A DNA stretch of 62,559 nt, the filler included, from Acidimicrobiia bacterium (GTDB lineage: Bacteria; Actinomycetota; Acidimicrobiia; Spongiisociales; SHLN01), in NCBI GenBank assembly GCA_041619515.1. It is 3 parts of 3 records of this genome, joined end to end, with 100 filler letters (N's around TTAATTAATTAA, not from the genome) between each part and the next. Parts side by side here need not be neighbours in the genome. Positions count along the whole stretch, not along the records: positions 21,263 to 42,285 come from JBFKDW010000054.1; 2 more parts are not named here. The stretch is one strand, 5' to 3'. Under the pieces are notes generated by a model. That model did no database searches, was not told the origin of the DNA, and saw only the letters and a program-made list of their open reading frames with translations. This document shows, piece by piece, positions 29,401 through 37,798 of the stretch; the stretch's first letter is position 1, and each line of letters begins with the position of its first letter. The translations under genes and the position numbers were made by a program.

Positions 29401-31540
29401 GGGCACCGGCAGCGGCGAAGAGGTTACCGTGACGCTGAAGGACAATCGCGCACCCGACCCCGGCCCGTCGGGCTGGAGCCTGGTATGGAGCGACGAATTC
29501 GACGAGGCTGCCGGCACGCCGCCCAACCCCGACAACTGGGGGTATGAGATCGGCGACGGGACCGTCAACGGCATACCCGGATGGGGCAATTCCGAGCTTC
29601 AGTACTACACCGATGATCTCGATAACGCCGCCACGGACGGCAACGGCAACCTGGTGATCACACTCGACGAGGCCGATCCCTCCCTCCAGTGCTATTACGG
29701 GCCATGTGAGTACGAGTCGGCCCGCCTGATCTCGCAGAACCGGGCCGAGTTCGCCTATGGTCGCATCGAGTCGAGGCTGCTGGTCCCCGACGGTGGCCCC
29801 GGTCTATGGCCGGCCTTCTGGAGCCTCGGCACCGATATCACCTACAACCCGTGGCCGCGCGCCGGTGAGATCGATTTCATGGAGTACGTGAGCCGCCTTC
29901 CGAACGAGATCTTCGGCACCATCCATGGCCCCGGCTACAACGGTGGCAACGCCTTCGGGAACATCTTCGATTTCGGCCAGCCCGTCTACAACAACTACCA
30001 CACGTTCGCGGTGGAGTGGGAGCCGGATCGGATCGCCTGGTACGTGGACGGCATCCAGTACCACCAGGCGCAGCCTGGGGATGTGCCGGGCCCGTGGGTG
30101 TTCAACAAGCCGTTCCACTTGTTGTTGAACCTGGCGATCGGCGGCAGCTTCGGTGGCCCGGTCGATCCGGGGAACACCTATCCGCAGGAGTATGCCATCG
30201 ACTACGTCCGGGTCTTCCAGGGCCCCGACACCGCCGAGCGGTTCGAGACGACCTTCACCGACGACTCCACCGGCTGGCAGCAGGTGTCGATCCCGGTGGC
30301 CGACTTCGTCCGCAGCGCCGACCAGCCGGCCGGCGCACCCGATGACGGCCTCGGCCTCGACGAGGTGTGGGGCTACGGCTTCGACCTGCCCTACCCGGCG
30401 GCCGGCACCTACCTGATCGACCAGGTGCGGCGCACGCCCTTCCCGCCGCCGACTGCCCTGACGGTGACCACGCTCGCCGACGGCGGGCCCGGGTCGCTGC
30501 GAGAGGCGCTGGGCCTCATCGCCGACGGCGGCACGATCACGTTCGACCCCGGCCTGGCCGGCGGCACGGTCGGGCTGACGTCCGGCCAGTTGTCCGTCCA
30601 CCGGTCGGTGACCATCGACGCCGCGGCGGCGCCCGGGCTCGAGATCAGCGGAGGCGGCAACTCCCGGGTCATCGAGGTCGGGGCCGGCGTGGTCGTCAAC
30701 ATCAACGACGTCGTGATCCGCGACGGTGCAGCTGCCCCCCAGGGTGGCGGCATCTTGAACGGGGGAGTGCTGAGCCTCGACCGGGTGGTGGTGCGAGACA
30801 ACACGGAGAACAGCGCCGGGCCCGCCAACTTCGAGTTCGGGGGCGGCGGCATCTACAACAGCGCCGGTGCGACGTTGAACCTCACCGACAGCACGGTGGC
30901 CGACAACGTCAGCCTCAATCAGCCGTCGGGTGGGATCTACGGCTTCTTCGGGAGCACGATCAACATCACCCGGAGCACCGTCAGCGGCAACGCTTCGTTG
31001 TCCGACGTTGCCGGCGGCCTGCGCTCACTCGGTGACGCCACCATCGTCAACAGCACGTTCAGCGGCAACGTGTCCACGGCGTGGCACGGCGGCGCGATCT
31101 TCCACACCGACGGTCAGCTCACCGTGACCAACTCGACCTTCACGGGCAACAGCGCCCCGGCTGGTACGGCGTCGGGCATCCTCGTCGCCACGTTCGGGGC
31201 GCCGGCCAATGCCACCCTGACCAACAACGTGCTGGAAGGCTTCGGAGGCGCCTTCGCATGCGCTACCGAAGGCGGCGGGGCGGCGACGATCACGTCGCTC
31301 GGCTTCAACGTCATCAGCGACGGCTCGTGCGCACCCGTCGGCACCGACCAGTCGAACACCGACGCGTTGCTCGGCCCGCTGGCCGACAACGGCGGACCGA
31401 CCCTGACCCACGCCCTCGGCGCCGGCAGCCCGGCGCTCGACGCTGCCGACGCCGGCGCCTGCCCGGCGACCGACCAGCGCAGCGTGGCCCGTCCCCAGGG
31501 TCCCGGATGCGACGTGGGAGCGTTCGAGCTGGTTCCATAG
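26465..31540 (+). CDS. Secreted multimodular GH16 endo-beta-1,3-glucanase: CBM11/CIA30-like modules, Calx-beta, GH16, beta-helix, choice-of-anchor-Q-like tail (1691 aa)
   Basis: Signal peptide; repeated (I/V)DDFE modules; WSDEF...GLWPAFWSLG...GEIDFME...DYVRVF; C-terminal LGPLADNGGPTLTHAL...DQRSVARPQG..CDVGAFE. Confidence 0.9.
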   Translation: MREARRRTLRVLVAMMMIGGLLIAVQPASLAVPDAVGVVIDDFEDGNTSDWGFFGGVNAGGGGGPSSDRPYEGGFYFSTGWGGEGTASGFYGGAFKNFPNAAQVTPPADPWFNVWVYNQSNATVDGYTLEITIREDTAGDGYTAGTDDSFRLDTGFTASDFDDEWTLVSAPLGSFTDLGTGGNGTFDGDLDEVVIVIAGVTGANPSTVEVDFDLFAFSSGGPLAFDEVVFDDMEHGDPFANSWFTFNGSVGGGGIGPNAADLPPADGGAFSLETGWGSGGTPGFFGGFGRTNPVDISGTDHFNFWINPDAGQDYTLEINLQEDDNSDGAANAADDDEFQYNCVVSAAGPCATAGGGWQLVSIPLDDFSDDNSFFTGGNGVLDPTTPARGGNGELINALFVVIGNDGSDAVFRTDYWAFTRGPLVPDARTVVDDFESGVAPGTPCAPGAPPLGFCTFQGAGSSVAISTTTTPPAPVLPAIGTPNSVLQMDVDVTSFAGFIHGFESGGNWVSQDWSTSEGLSLWFHGNNSGITVFIDILDNRNPGSTTDDAERFTVDFVDDFAGWQLLEFPFSAFIRKGIGNNAPNDGLGLFQMHGYAIGTLNTGGPQTFYVDQVSVYGIAAPPALAVNFAVNETGIQEGTTGDVGVKLNRPMGPADPAQVSIDFTTEPAGAVPGEDYTPTSGTLTFVNGGASELTFPVETFDNTKFAGDKRIILRLSNPVDVELGAQSQAAVRIEDDELFDPELIDDFEQGAFLWEGDGLVEFDAERVLVGGPDERPGQDAVENVLAISTPAAGPGYDSIKQDVIADLQALLPASSSQNSTRIEKAIGRVEKSLNPGYWINGFFLDEKHGKKVFDWERQAVKELGKVSGPEAAAAQAAVDLLVDVDAELAGLMFELALRNDGDATDIAKAEREFVRAARELVRGRYDRAIYRYRKAWEHSMDALDLPDDNGAAISLGTVARDFALGQDWTGTETLDFWFKGTGSGEEVTVTLKDNRAPDPGPSGWSLVWSDEFDEAAGTPPNPDNWGYEIGDGTVNGIPGWGNSELQYYTDDLDNAATDGNGNLVITLDEADPSLQCYYGPCEYESARLISQNRAEFAYGRIESRLLVPDGGPGLWPAFWSLGTDITYNPWPRAGEIDFMEYVSRLPNEIFGTIHGPGYNGGNAFGNIFDFGQPVYNNYHTFAVEWEPDRIAWYVDGIQYHQAQPGDVPGPWVFNKPFHLLLNLAIGGSFGGPVDPGNTYPQEYAIDYVRVFQGPDTAERFETTFTDDSTGWQQVSIPVADFVRSADQPAGAPDDGLGLDEVWGYGFDLPYPAAGTYLIDQVRRTPFPPPTALTVTTLADGGPGSLREALGLIADGGTITFDPGLAGGTVGLTSGQLSVHRSVTIDAAAAPGLEISGGGNSRVIEVGAGVVVNINDVVIRDGAAAPQGGGILNGGVLSLDRVVVRDNTENSAGPANFEFGGGGIYNSAGATLNLTDSTVADNVSLNQPSGGIYGFFGSTINITRSTVSGNASLSDVAGGLRSLGDATIVNSTFSGNVSTAWHGGAIFHTDGQLTVTNSTFTGNSAPAGTASGILVATFGAPANATLTNNVLEGFGGAFACATEGGGAATITSLGFNVISDGSCAPVGTDQSNTDALLGPLADNGGPTLTHALGAGSPALDAADAGACPATDQRSVARPQGPGCDVGAFELVP

Positions 31541-31578
31541 CGTCGGGGGGCTTAGCCCCGATACCAAGCAGGCGAGAT

Positions 31579-31603
31579 GCCGGGCCCTCTGAGAGGGCCC
31601 GGC
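31579..31603. terminator. GC hairpin between convergent GH16 and gluconolactonase genes
   Basis: GCCGGGCCCTC-TGA-GAGGGCCCGGC. Confidence 0.55.
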
Positions 31604-31774
31604 TGAGGAATCCCCCCTACGGGGTGGCGCGATGTGCCGTCAATGAAAGCGACCGCGCAGTACGTGGCGACATGGGCAGATCTGCTCATAGGAGATCGCC
31701 TCGCAGTCAGCAGTCAGCAGTAACTTGGGGAGCTCCGGTCCTGGTCGGAGAGCGATGGGTTCGGGCTCGCCGCG

Positions 31775-32668
31775 CTACGCCATGTAGGGCTCGACGCGAC
31801 CGGCGACCTTCAGGTTGATGCGGTACAGCGATGTCGTGGCGGTGATGAACAGACTTTGCCAGTCGCTACCGCCCCAGTTGAGGTTGGAGGCGACCTCCGG
31901 AACCTCGATCGCCCCGAGGTGCTCGCCGCCGGGATCGATTACCCAGATCCCCTGCGGTCCCGTTACGTAGATGTTGCCGAGTCGGTCACATTTCATTCCA
32001 TCGGGGACACCGTCGCTCCGAGTACCTGATGTGATCCCAGCGAAGAAGAGTCTGGCATCAGACAGAGATCCATCCGGGTTGACCGAGAAGACTCGGATGA
32101 GTGCCCGCTCGGTGTCGTTCACATACAGCAACGATTCGTCCGGTGACAAGCAGAGACCGTTTGGCTGTTCGAAGTCGGCATCGACGAGATGTACCGCGCC
32201 GTCTTCGGGGTCCACTCGATAGAGACCCTGAAACCCCAACTCTGGCTCCCCCTCCACTCCGTAGGTGGGATCACTGAAGTAGATCGTTCCGTCAGAACCG
32301 ATGACGACGTCGTTCGGGCTGTTGAGTTGCGCGCCACCGAAATGGGAGGCTACGACGGTCGAGGTTCCGTCCGCCTCGAGTCTCACGACACGGCTCGTCG
32401 CATGCTCACAGACCACGAGCCGACCCTCGGCGTCGTACGTCATTCCGTTGCCCTTGTTGTTCGGCTTCCTTGCCTCCGTGATGCCCTGTTCCGGATCCCA
32501 GCGGCGCATCACGTCGGCGGGGATATCACTGAAGAGCAGGTACCCACCCTCCCGGTTCCAAATCGGCCCTTCAGTGAAGGTGAAACCCGTTCCCAACCGC
32601 TCGAGCGACGCATCCCCATCGACCAGAGCCAACAGTTGTGGGGACAGGACGGAAATGATCGAACTCAT
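31775..32668 (-). CDS. SMP-30/gluconolactonase/LRE family protein
   Basis: FTEGPIW, LNSPNDVV, PNGLCLSPDE, PDGMKCD. Confidence 0.93.
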   Translation of the reverse strand: MSSIISVLSPQLLALVDGDASLERLGTGFTFTEGPIWNREGGYLLFSDIPADVMRRWDPEQGITEARKPNNKGNGMTYDAEGRLVVCEHATSRVVRLEADGTSTVVASHFGGAQLNSPNDVVIGSDGTIYFSDPTYGVEGEPELGFQGLYRVDPEDGAVHLVDADFEQPNGLCLSPDESLLYVNDTERALIRVFSVNPDGSLSDARLFFAGITSGTRSDGVPDGMKCDRLGNIYVTGPQGIWVIDPGGEHLGAIEVPEVASNLNWGGSDWQSLFITATTSLYRINLKVAGRVEPYMA

Positions 32669-32816
32669 GACAGCTTCACCGGTCGCAGGACGGCCTCCTT
32701 GACCTTAACCGCCGACACGCGCCTTTCGCCGGCTCGCCGAGACGACCACATCGTCGTACAGCTCCACCGGGCACAAGAACGGAATATCGATCGCTACATC
32801 TGTCGTTGCACCCACC

Positions 32817-33494
32817 GTGGCCCAAGACCTCGAATTCATTTATGTCGGCGACCCCATGTGCTCATGGTGTTGGGGGTTCGCGCCGGTGCTGGAACGGATG
32901 ACGGATGTATACGAGATTCCGATCCGGGTGGTGGTCGGCGGCCTGCGACCCGGCTCCGACGGCGAGGAGCTCGACGATCGGGTCGCCCGCACGCTCGCCC
33001 ACCATTGGGAGCAAGTAGAGCATGCCTCCGGCCAGCCGTTCGATCATTCCTTCCTTGAGCGGCGCGACGGTTGGGTCTACGACACGGAGGTCCCTGCCAT
33101 TGCGGTCGCTGCCATGCGCGAGCTGAGCCCTGGTGAGGCGCTCGGATTTCACACCCGCCTCCAACGGGCCTTCTATGCCGAGGGCGTCGATATCACCGAC
33201 CGGGCGGCGTACCCCGACCTCCTCGAGGGCTTCAACGTCGACCGGGACAAGTACCTTGAGTTGCTGGGATCCGACGACATGCGCACGCGTGCCTGGCAGG
33301 ACTTCGCCGAAGCCCGCTCCTATGGAGCGAGCGGGTTCCCCACGTTGATTGTGCGCGATGGTGACGAGTACGGCATCGTCACCCGCGGGTACCTTCCCGC
33401 TGAGCGCTTGCTCCCGGCCCTTTCCGAGTGGCTGCTCACCAAATACACCGAAGCCGGCGAGGCCCTGTTCTGCGAGCCCGGGACCGTTTGCTAG
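32817..33494 (+). CDS. DsbA family protein
   Basis: DPMCSWCWGF, GFPTL. Confidence 0.9.
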   Translation: MAQDLEFIYVGDPMCSWCWGFAPVLERMTDVYEIPIRVVVGGLRPGSDGEELDDRVARTLAHHWEQVEHASGQPFDHSFLERRDGWVYDTEVPAIAVAAMRELSPGEALGFHTRLQRAFYAEGVDITDRAAYPDLLEGFNVDRDKYLELLGSDDMRTRAWQDFAEARSYGASGFPTLIVRDGDEYGIVTRGYLPAERLLPALSEWLLTKYTEAGEALFCEPGTVC

Positions 33495-33598
33495 CAGAGA
33501 CAGGTTCTTCCTCTTACATAGGCGGGGCGGTGACCTGGACCCGGTTCCATCTTGCCCGCATCGGCTGCGTTCCCGCCCGGAGCTGATCCGTAGACTCC

Positions 33599-34933
33599 AT
33601 GGCCGTGCCGGTTACTCGCTATGCCAAGAGTGGGGACGTCAACGTTGCCTATCAGGTGGTGGGGGACGGTCCGCGGAACCTCGTGTACGTGCCGGGATGG
33701 ATTTCGAACATCGAGGTGATGTGGGAGGAACCTTCGATGGCACGGTTTCTCCGGCGGCTCATGTCGTTCTCACGTTTGATCCTGTTTGACAAGCGGGGAA
33801 CCGGCATGTCCGATCCGGTGCCGCTCGATCGAATGCCGACCCTCGAGGAGCGCATGGATGACGTGCGTGCGGTCATGGATGAGGTCGATGCTGAGAAGGC
33901 AACCCTCCTGGGCCACTCGGAGGGAGGGAACATGTGTGTTGTCTTCGCCGCAACCTATCCGGAGCGAACCGAAGGTCTGATACTCGCCGGATCGTACGCC
34001 AAGCGCATCCCGTCGGAGGACTACCCGTGGGCTCCCAACGTTGCCGATCGTGCAGCTGAGATCGCCGAGGTCGAGCGCACCTTCGGTGATCCCGATGCTC
34101 TCCCGTCGTGGATCGCACCAACGCGCATGAGGGACGAGGCCTTCCGCGATTGGCTGGCGAAGTATTTTCGGGTTTCATCGAGCCCGAAGGCAGCCGCCCA
34201 CCTCCTGGCGATGAACACCCAGATCGACACAACCCAGGTGCTCCCCACCATCCGGGTGCCGACGCTGTGCCTGTACAAGACCGAGGATGCCGACGTCAAG
34301 GTCGAGGAAGGCCGTTGGATTGCATCACAGATCCCCGACGCCACCTTCGTCGAGATCCCCGGGCCGGACCATCTGCTCAACGCCTTCGGGGCCGAACAGG
34401 TCCTCGACGAGATCGAGGAGTTCGTGACCGGCTTCAGGGCCGGCCCGAATCCTGAGCGCGCCCTCGCAACCGTGCTGTTCACCGACATCGTCGGGTCGAC
34501 CGAGCACGCCGCCAATGTGGGAGACGGCGCCTGGCGGGAGCTCTTGGCGCGCCACAACGCGACGGTCGCGTCGGAGGTCGAGCGGTTCCGGGGCAGGGTG
34601 ATCGGCACTCAGGGCGACGGTTTCCTCGCAACCTTTGATGGACCGGCGCGAGCGATCAGCGCGGCTCATGCGATAAACGCCGCCGTGAGACCTCTGGGGC
34701 TCACCGTGCGGTCCGGCCTCCACACCGGGGAGGTAGAAATCCTCGGCGATGACATCGCCGGCTTGGCCGTGCACATCGGTGCTCGGATCGCCGCCATTGC
34801 CTCGCCGGGTGAGGTGCTGGTGTCTCGCACGGTCAAAGATCTGGTTGCCGGGTCCGGGATCCAGTTCGACGATCGCGGATCGCACACGCTCAAAGGGGTG
34901 CCGGACGAATGGCAGGTGTATGCGGCGGTCTGA
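33599..34933 (+). CDS. Alpha/beta-hydrolase + class III adenylate cyclase fusion (LipJ/Rv1900c-like)
   Basis: FDKRGTGMSD, GHSEGG; VLFTDIVGST, GDGFLATF, GLAVHIGARI. Confidence 0.92.
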   Translation: MAVPVTRYAKSGDVNVAYQVVGDGPRNLVYVPGWISNIEVMWEEPSMARFLRRLMSFSRLILFDKRGTGMSDPVPLDRMPTLEERMDDVRAVMDEVDAEKATLLGHSEGGNMCVVFAATYPERTEGLILAGSYAKRIPSEDYPWAPNVADRAAEIAEVERTFGDPDALPSWIAPTRMRDEAFRDWLAKYFRVSSSPKAAAHLLAMNTQIDTTQVLPTIRVPTLCLYKTEDADVKVEEGRWIASQIPDATFVEIPGPDHLLNAFGAEQVLDEIEEFVTGFRAGPNPERALATVLFTDIVGSTEHAANVGDGAWRELLARHNATVASEVERFRGRVIGTQGDGFLATFDGPARAISAAHAINAAVRPLGLTVRSGLHTGEVEILGDDIAGLAVHIGARIAAIASPGEVLVSRTVKDLVAGSGIQFDDRGSHTLKGVPDEWQVYAAV

Positions 34934-34964
34934 GTGGGCCAGAAGTCGGTGAGAAGAGAGCTCG

Positions 34965-36701
34965 TTATCCGCGCTTGCGGGCGACCCATTTGAGGAACTT
35001 GGCGGTCGGCCAGGTGTTGGCGATCATCGATTTCTCGGCCCAGCCGCGCTGGGCGTTGAGCACGCCGTACTCCATCCGTCCCAGCTCGCTGGGGTGATGA
35101 GAATCGGTGTCGATGACGAAGGTGACGCCGTGCTCGATGCCGATGCGGATGGCCTCGGGAGTGGCGTCGAGCCGATCGAGAGCCCCGTTGATCTCGATGG
35201 CGGTGCCGGTGGCGGCGGCCGCCTCCATCACAGCCTCCAGGTCGAGGTCGATCCCGGGGCGCCGGCCGACATACCGGCCCGACAGGTGGCCGATGGCTCC
35301 CACCGCCGGATTGGCCATCGCCTGCAGCACCCGCTCGGTCTGCTGGTTCCTGTCGAGATCGAAGAAGGAGTGGACGCTGGCCACGGTCCAATCGAAGCCG
35401 AGCTGGAAGTCGAGGTCGTAATCGACCGAGCCGTCCTTGCCGATATTGAGCTCACACCCGTGGAGCAGCCGCATCGCCGGGTATTGCTCCTGCAAGCGGG
35501 CGATCTTCTTGCGCTGGGCCAGCATCTGGCGCCGGGAAGCGCCGTTGATGGTGAGATCCTCGCCGTGGTCGGTGATGGCCAGGTAGCTGTAGCCGCGGCC
35601 GGCCGCAGCCTCCACCATCGCTTCGAGCGGCGCCCGTCCATCGCCGGACAGATCCGTGTGATAGTGCAGGTCACCCTTGATGTCCTTCAGCTGCACGAGC
35701 TTGGGAAGAGCCCCATCGGCTGCTCGCTCGACTTCCCCAACGTCTTCTCGAAGCGTCGGGGGAATGAACGAGAGGTCGAGCGCGGCGTAGATGTCCTTCT
35801 CGGTCTTCGACGCAACCACCGCCCCCGAATCCACCTCGGAAAGGCCGTACTCGTTGAGCAGCCATTCCCGGTCGATGGCGAGCTGGCGGAGATGGATGTT
35901 ATGCGTCTTGGACCCGGTGAAGTAGAGCAGGGCGGCCCCGTATTGAGCCGGCTCGACCACCCGCAGATCTACTTGCAGGCCCCGGTGGGTCAGCACCGAG
36001 CTCTTGGTGTCTCCCCGGCCGATGACTTCGCTGACCATCGGCATGTTTGTGAAGTGCTCCATCACCGGCTCCGGCTGGGTGGAGGCAACCAGGACGTCGA
36101 CGTCGCCGATGTCCTCCCGGAAGCGGCGCAGGCTCCCGCAGTAGTCGGCCGCCTTGACGGCCGGCAGCGCCAGCAACCCCGCCACGACGTCGCGGGCCAG
36201 TGGCAGCGCCTCGACGATGGGTGTGCGGGTGTCCTTTCCGTGCATGCCGAGCCGCTCGATGGCGTTGGCGATCTTCTCCTCGCTCTTGGCGCCGAGGCCC
36301 GGAAGCTCACGCAGCTTCTCGGCCGCCAGGGCGGCCCGGAGATCTTCGAGATTGTTGACCTCGAGGCGATCACGCAGCATCAGCAGTGTCTTCGGGCCCA
36401 GCCCGGGAACCCGGGTCAGCTTGACGAACTCGGGCGGGTACTTCTCACGGAGACCGTCGAGTTTCTTGATCGAGCCGGTCTCCACCAGCTCGCGGATCTT
36501 GGCGGCCGTGCTCTTGCCGACGCCCTTCAGCGAGACCAGCTCGGCCTCGCTGAGGGCGGTGACGTCGGCGGTGGTGCTCTCGATGCCTTGGATGGCGTTG
36601 TCGTACGCCCGCACCCGGAACGCCTGTGGGCTTCCCTCCTCGAGTGTCATGAGAGCTCGCAGCTCTTTCAACGCGTCGACGATCTGCGCCTTGGTGGTCA
36701 T
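34965..36701 (-). CDS. polX: DNA polymerase X / PHP 3'-5' exonuclease
   Basis: GSLRR, GDVDVL, VDLRV, YFTGSK; PHP DLHYHT..SDG, TDH, DTDSH. Confidence 0.96.
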   Translation of the reverse strand: MTTKAQIVDALKELRALMTLEEGSPQAFRVRAYDNAIQGIESTTADVTALSEAELVSLKGVGKSTAAKIRELVETGSIKKLDGLREKYPPEFVKLTRVPGLGPKTLLMLRDRLEVNNLEDLRAALAAEKLRELPGLGAKSEEKIANAIERLGMHGKDTRTPIVEALPLARDVVAGLLALPAVKAADYCGSLRRFREDIGDVDVLVASTQPEPVMEHFTNMPMVSEVIGRGDTKSSVLTHRGLQVDLRVVEPAQYGAALLYFTGSKTHNIHLRQLAIDREWLLNEYGLSEVDSGAVVASKTEKDIYAALDLSFIPPTLREDVGEVERAADGALPKLVQLKDIKGDLHYHTDLSGDGRAPLEAMVEAAAGRGYSYLAITDHGEDLTINGASRRQMLAQRKKIARLQEQYPAMRLLHGCELNIGKDGSVDYDLDFQLGFDWTVASVHSFFDLDRNQQTERVLQAMANPAVGAIGHLSGRYVGRRPGIDLDLEAVMEAAAATGTAIEINGALDRLDATPEAIRIGIEHGVTFVIDTDSHHPSELGRMEYGVLNAQRGWAEKSMIANTWPTAKFLKWVARKRG

Positions 36702-36704
36702 CGC

Positions 36705-37748
36705 TCAATCGCCGGGGAAGGGCACGATGACTGTACGGACGTCATCACCGAAGGCGGCGAGGTCCTCGAGCGCCCGATTGACCGGACCGGCCTCGAGCGG
36801 GACCTGCCGGCTGACGACCCGCGAGAGGTCGAGATCGCCGCGAGCGGCAATCTCGAGCAGCGGGGCCAGCTCCGACGCCACGTGGTCGGAGACGCCGATG
36901 ATCTCAGCTTCCCGCAGCACCAAGTCTTCATAGGCGTCGACCGGAAACGGCTCCTCGGCCAACCCGACGGCGGCGGCCCGGCCCTGCGGCCCGAGAACTT
37001 CGATCGCCTGGCGCATGGTTTCGACCAGCCCGACCAGCTCGAGCGCAACGTCGACTCCGCCCGAGGGGGCGATGATGGCGTCGACGGCTCCAGGCCCCCC
37101 GGCAACGGGAACCGCCCCGTAATGGGCGGCCAGGGCCACCTTGGCCGGGTTGACGTCGACGGCGTACACCGCTGAGGCCCCCCCGGCCCGTGCCAGTTGA
37201 ACCGCCGACTGACCGAGGCCCCCCAGGCCGAACACCGCCACAGTCTCGCCGGACCGAAAGCGGCACTTGTTGAGCGCGTGGTACGAGGTGGCCGAGGAGC
37301 ACATCATGATGGCGGCCTGCTCGATGGGCACTTCGTCGGGGATGGCTACGAGGTTCCGGCTGGGAACCACGATCTTCTCGGCATATCCGCCGTCACGGCT
37401 GTTGCCCACCATTTGCCCCGAAGGGCAGAACTGGTCGTTGCCGGCCAGGCACTGGCGGCAGGTGCCACAGCTCGTCTGGTAATGGACCCCGACCCGGAGG
37501 CCCGCCACCATCCCATCCGGCGGGTTGGGGCCGAGCGCTTCCACTACCCCCGCAACCTCATGGCCCAGCGTGCGGGGAAGCGGTGGCAGCTTCGGGCTTC
37601 CTTGCACGTAGTGGACATCGGATCGACATATTCCCGCCGCCAGGACTCCCACGAGGGCTTCGCCGGTTCCAAGGTCGGGAACCGTGAGGTCCTCTTCTAC
37701 GAGAGGACCGTTTCGTTCGGTGAGTCGCAACGCCCGGTAGGTGGTCAT
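36705..37748 (-). CDS. Zn-dependent alcohol dehydrogenase
   Basis: GICRSD, GHEVAG, CGTCRQC...C, GLGGLG. Confidence 0.93.
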   Translation of the reverse strand: MTTYRALRLTERNGPLVEEDLTVPDLGTGEALVGVLAAGICRSDVHYVQGSPKLPPLPRTLGHEVAGVVEALGPNPPDGMVAGLRVGVHYQTSCGTCRQCLAGNDQFCPSGQMVGNSRDGGYAEKIVVPSRNLVAIPDEVPIEQAAIMMCSSATSYHALNKCRFRSGETVAVFGLGGLGQSAVQLARAGGASAVYAVDVNPAKVALAAHYGAVPVAGGPGAVDAIIAPSGGVDVALELVGLVETMRQAIEVLGPQGRAAAVGLAEEPFPVDAYEDLVLREAEIIGVSDHVASELAPLLEIAARGDLDLSRVVSRQVPLEAGPVNRALEDLAAFGDDVRTVIVPFPGD

Positions 37749-37798
37749 GTCGTGACGCTACCCGGTTCCGACGACCGGGTCGTGCGTAGGCTGCGGCC

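Noticed and set aside
31775..32668. Gluconolactonase as part of the glucan regulon
   Set aside because: Opposite strand and no GGAGCGCTCC-type operator upstream; link unsupported
33599..36701. Cyclase plus polX, or the NYN protein, as an anti-phage system
   Set aside because: LipJ-type and PolX genes are common stand-alone genes, convergent here, with no effector or island context; the NYN protein sits among housekeeping genes
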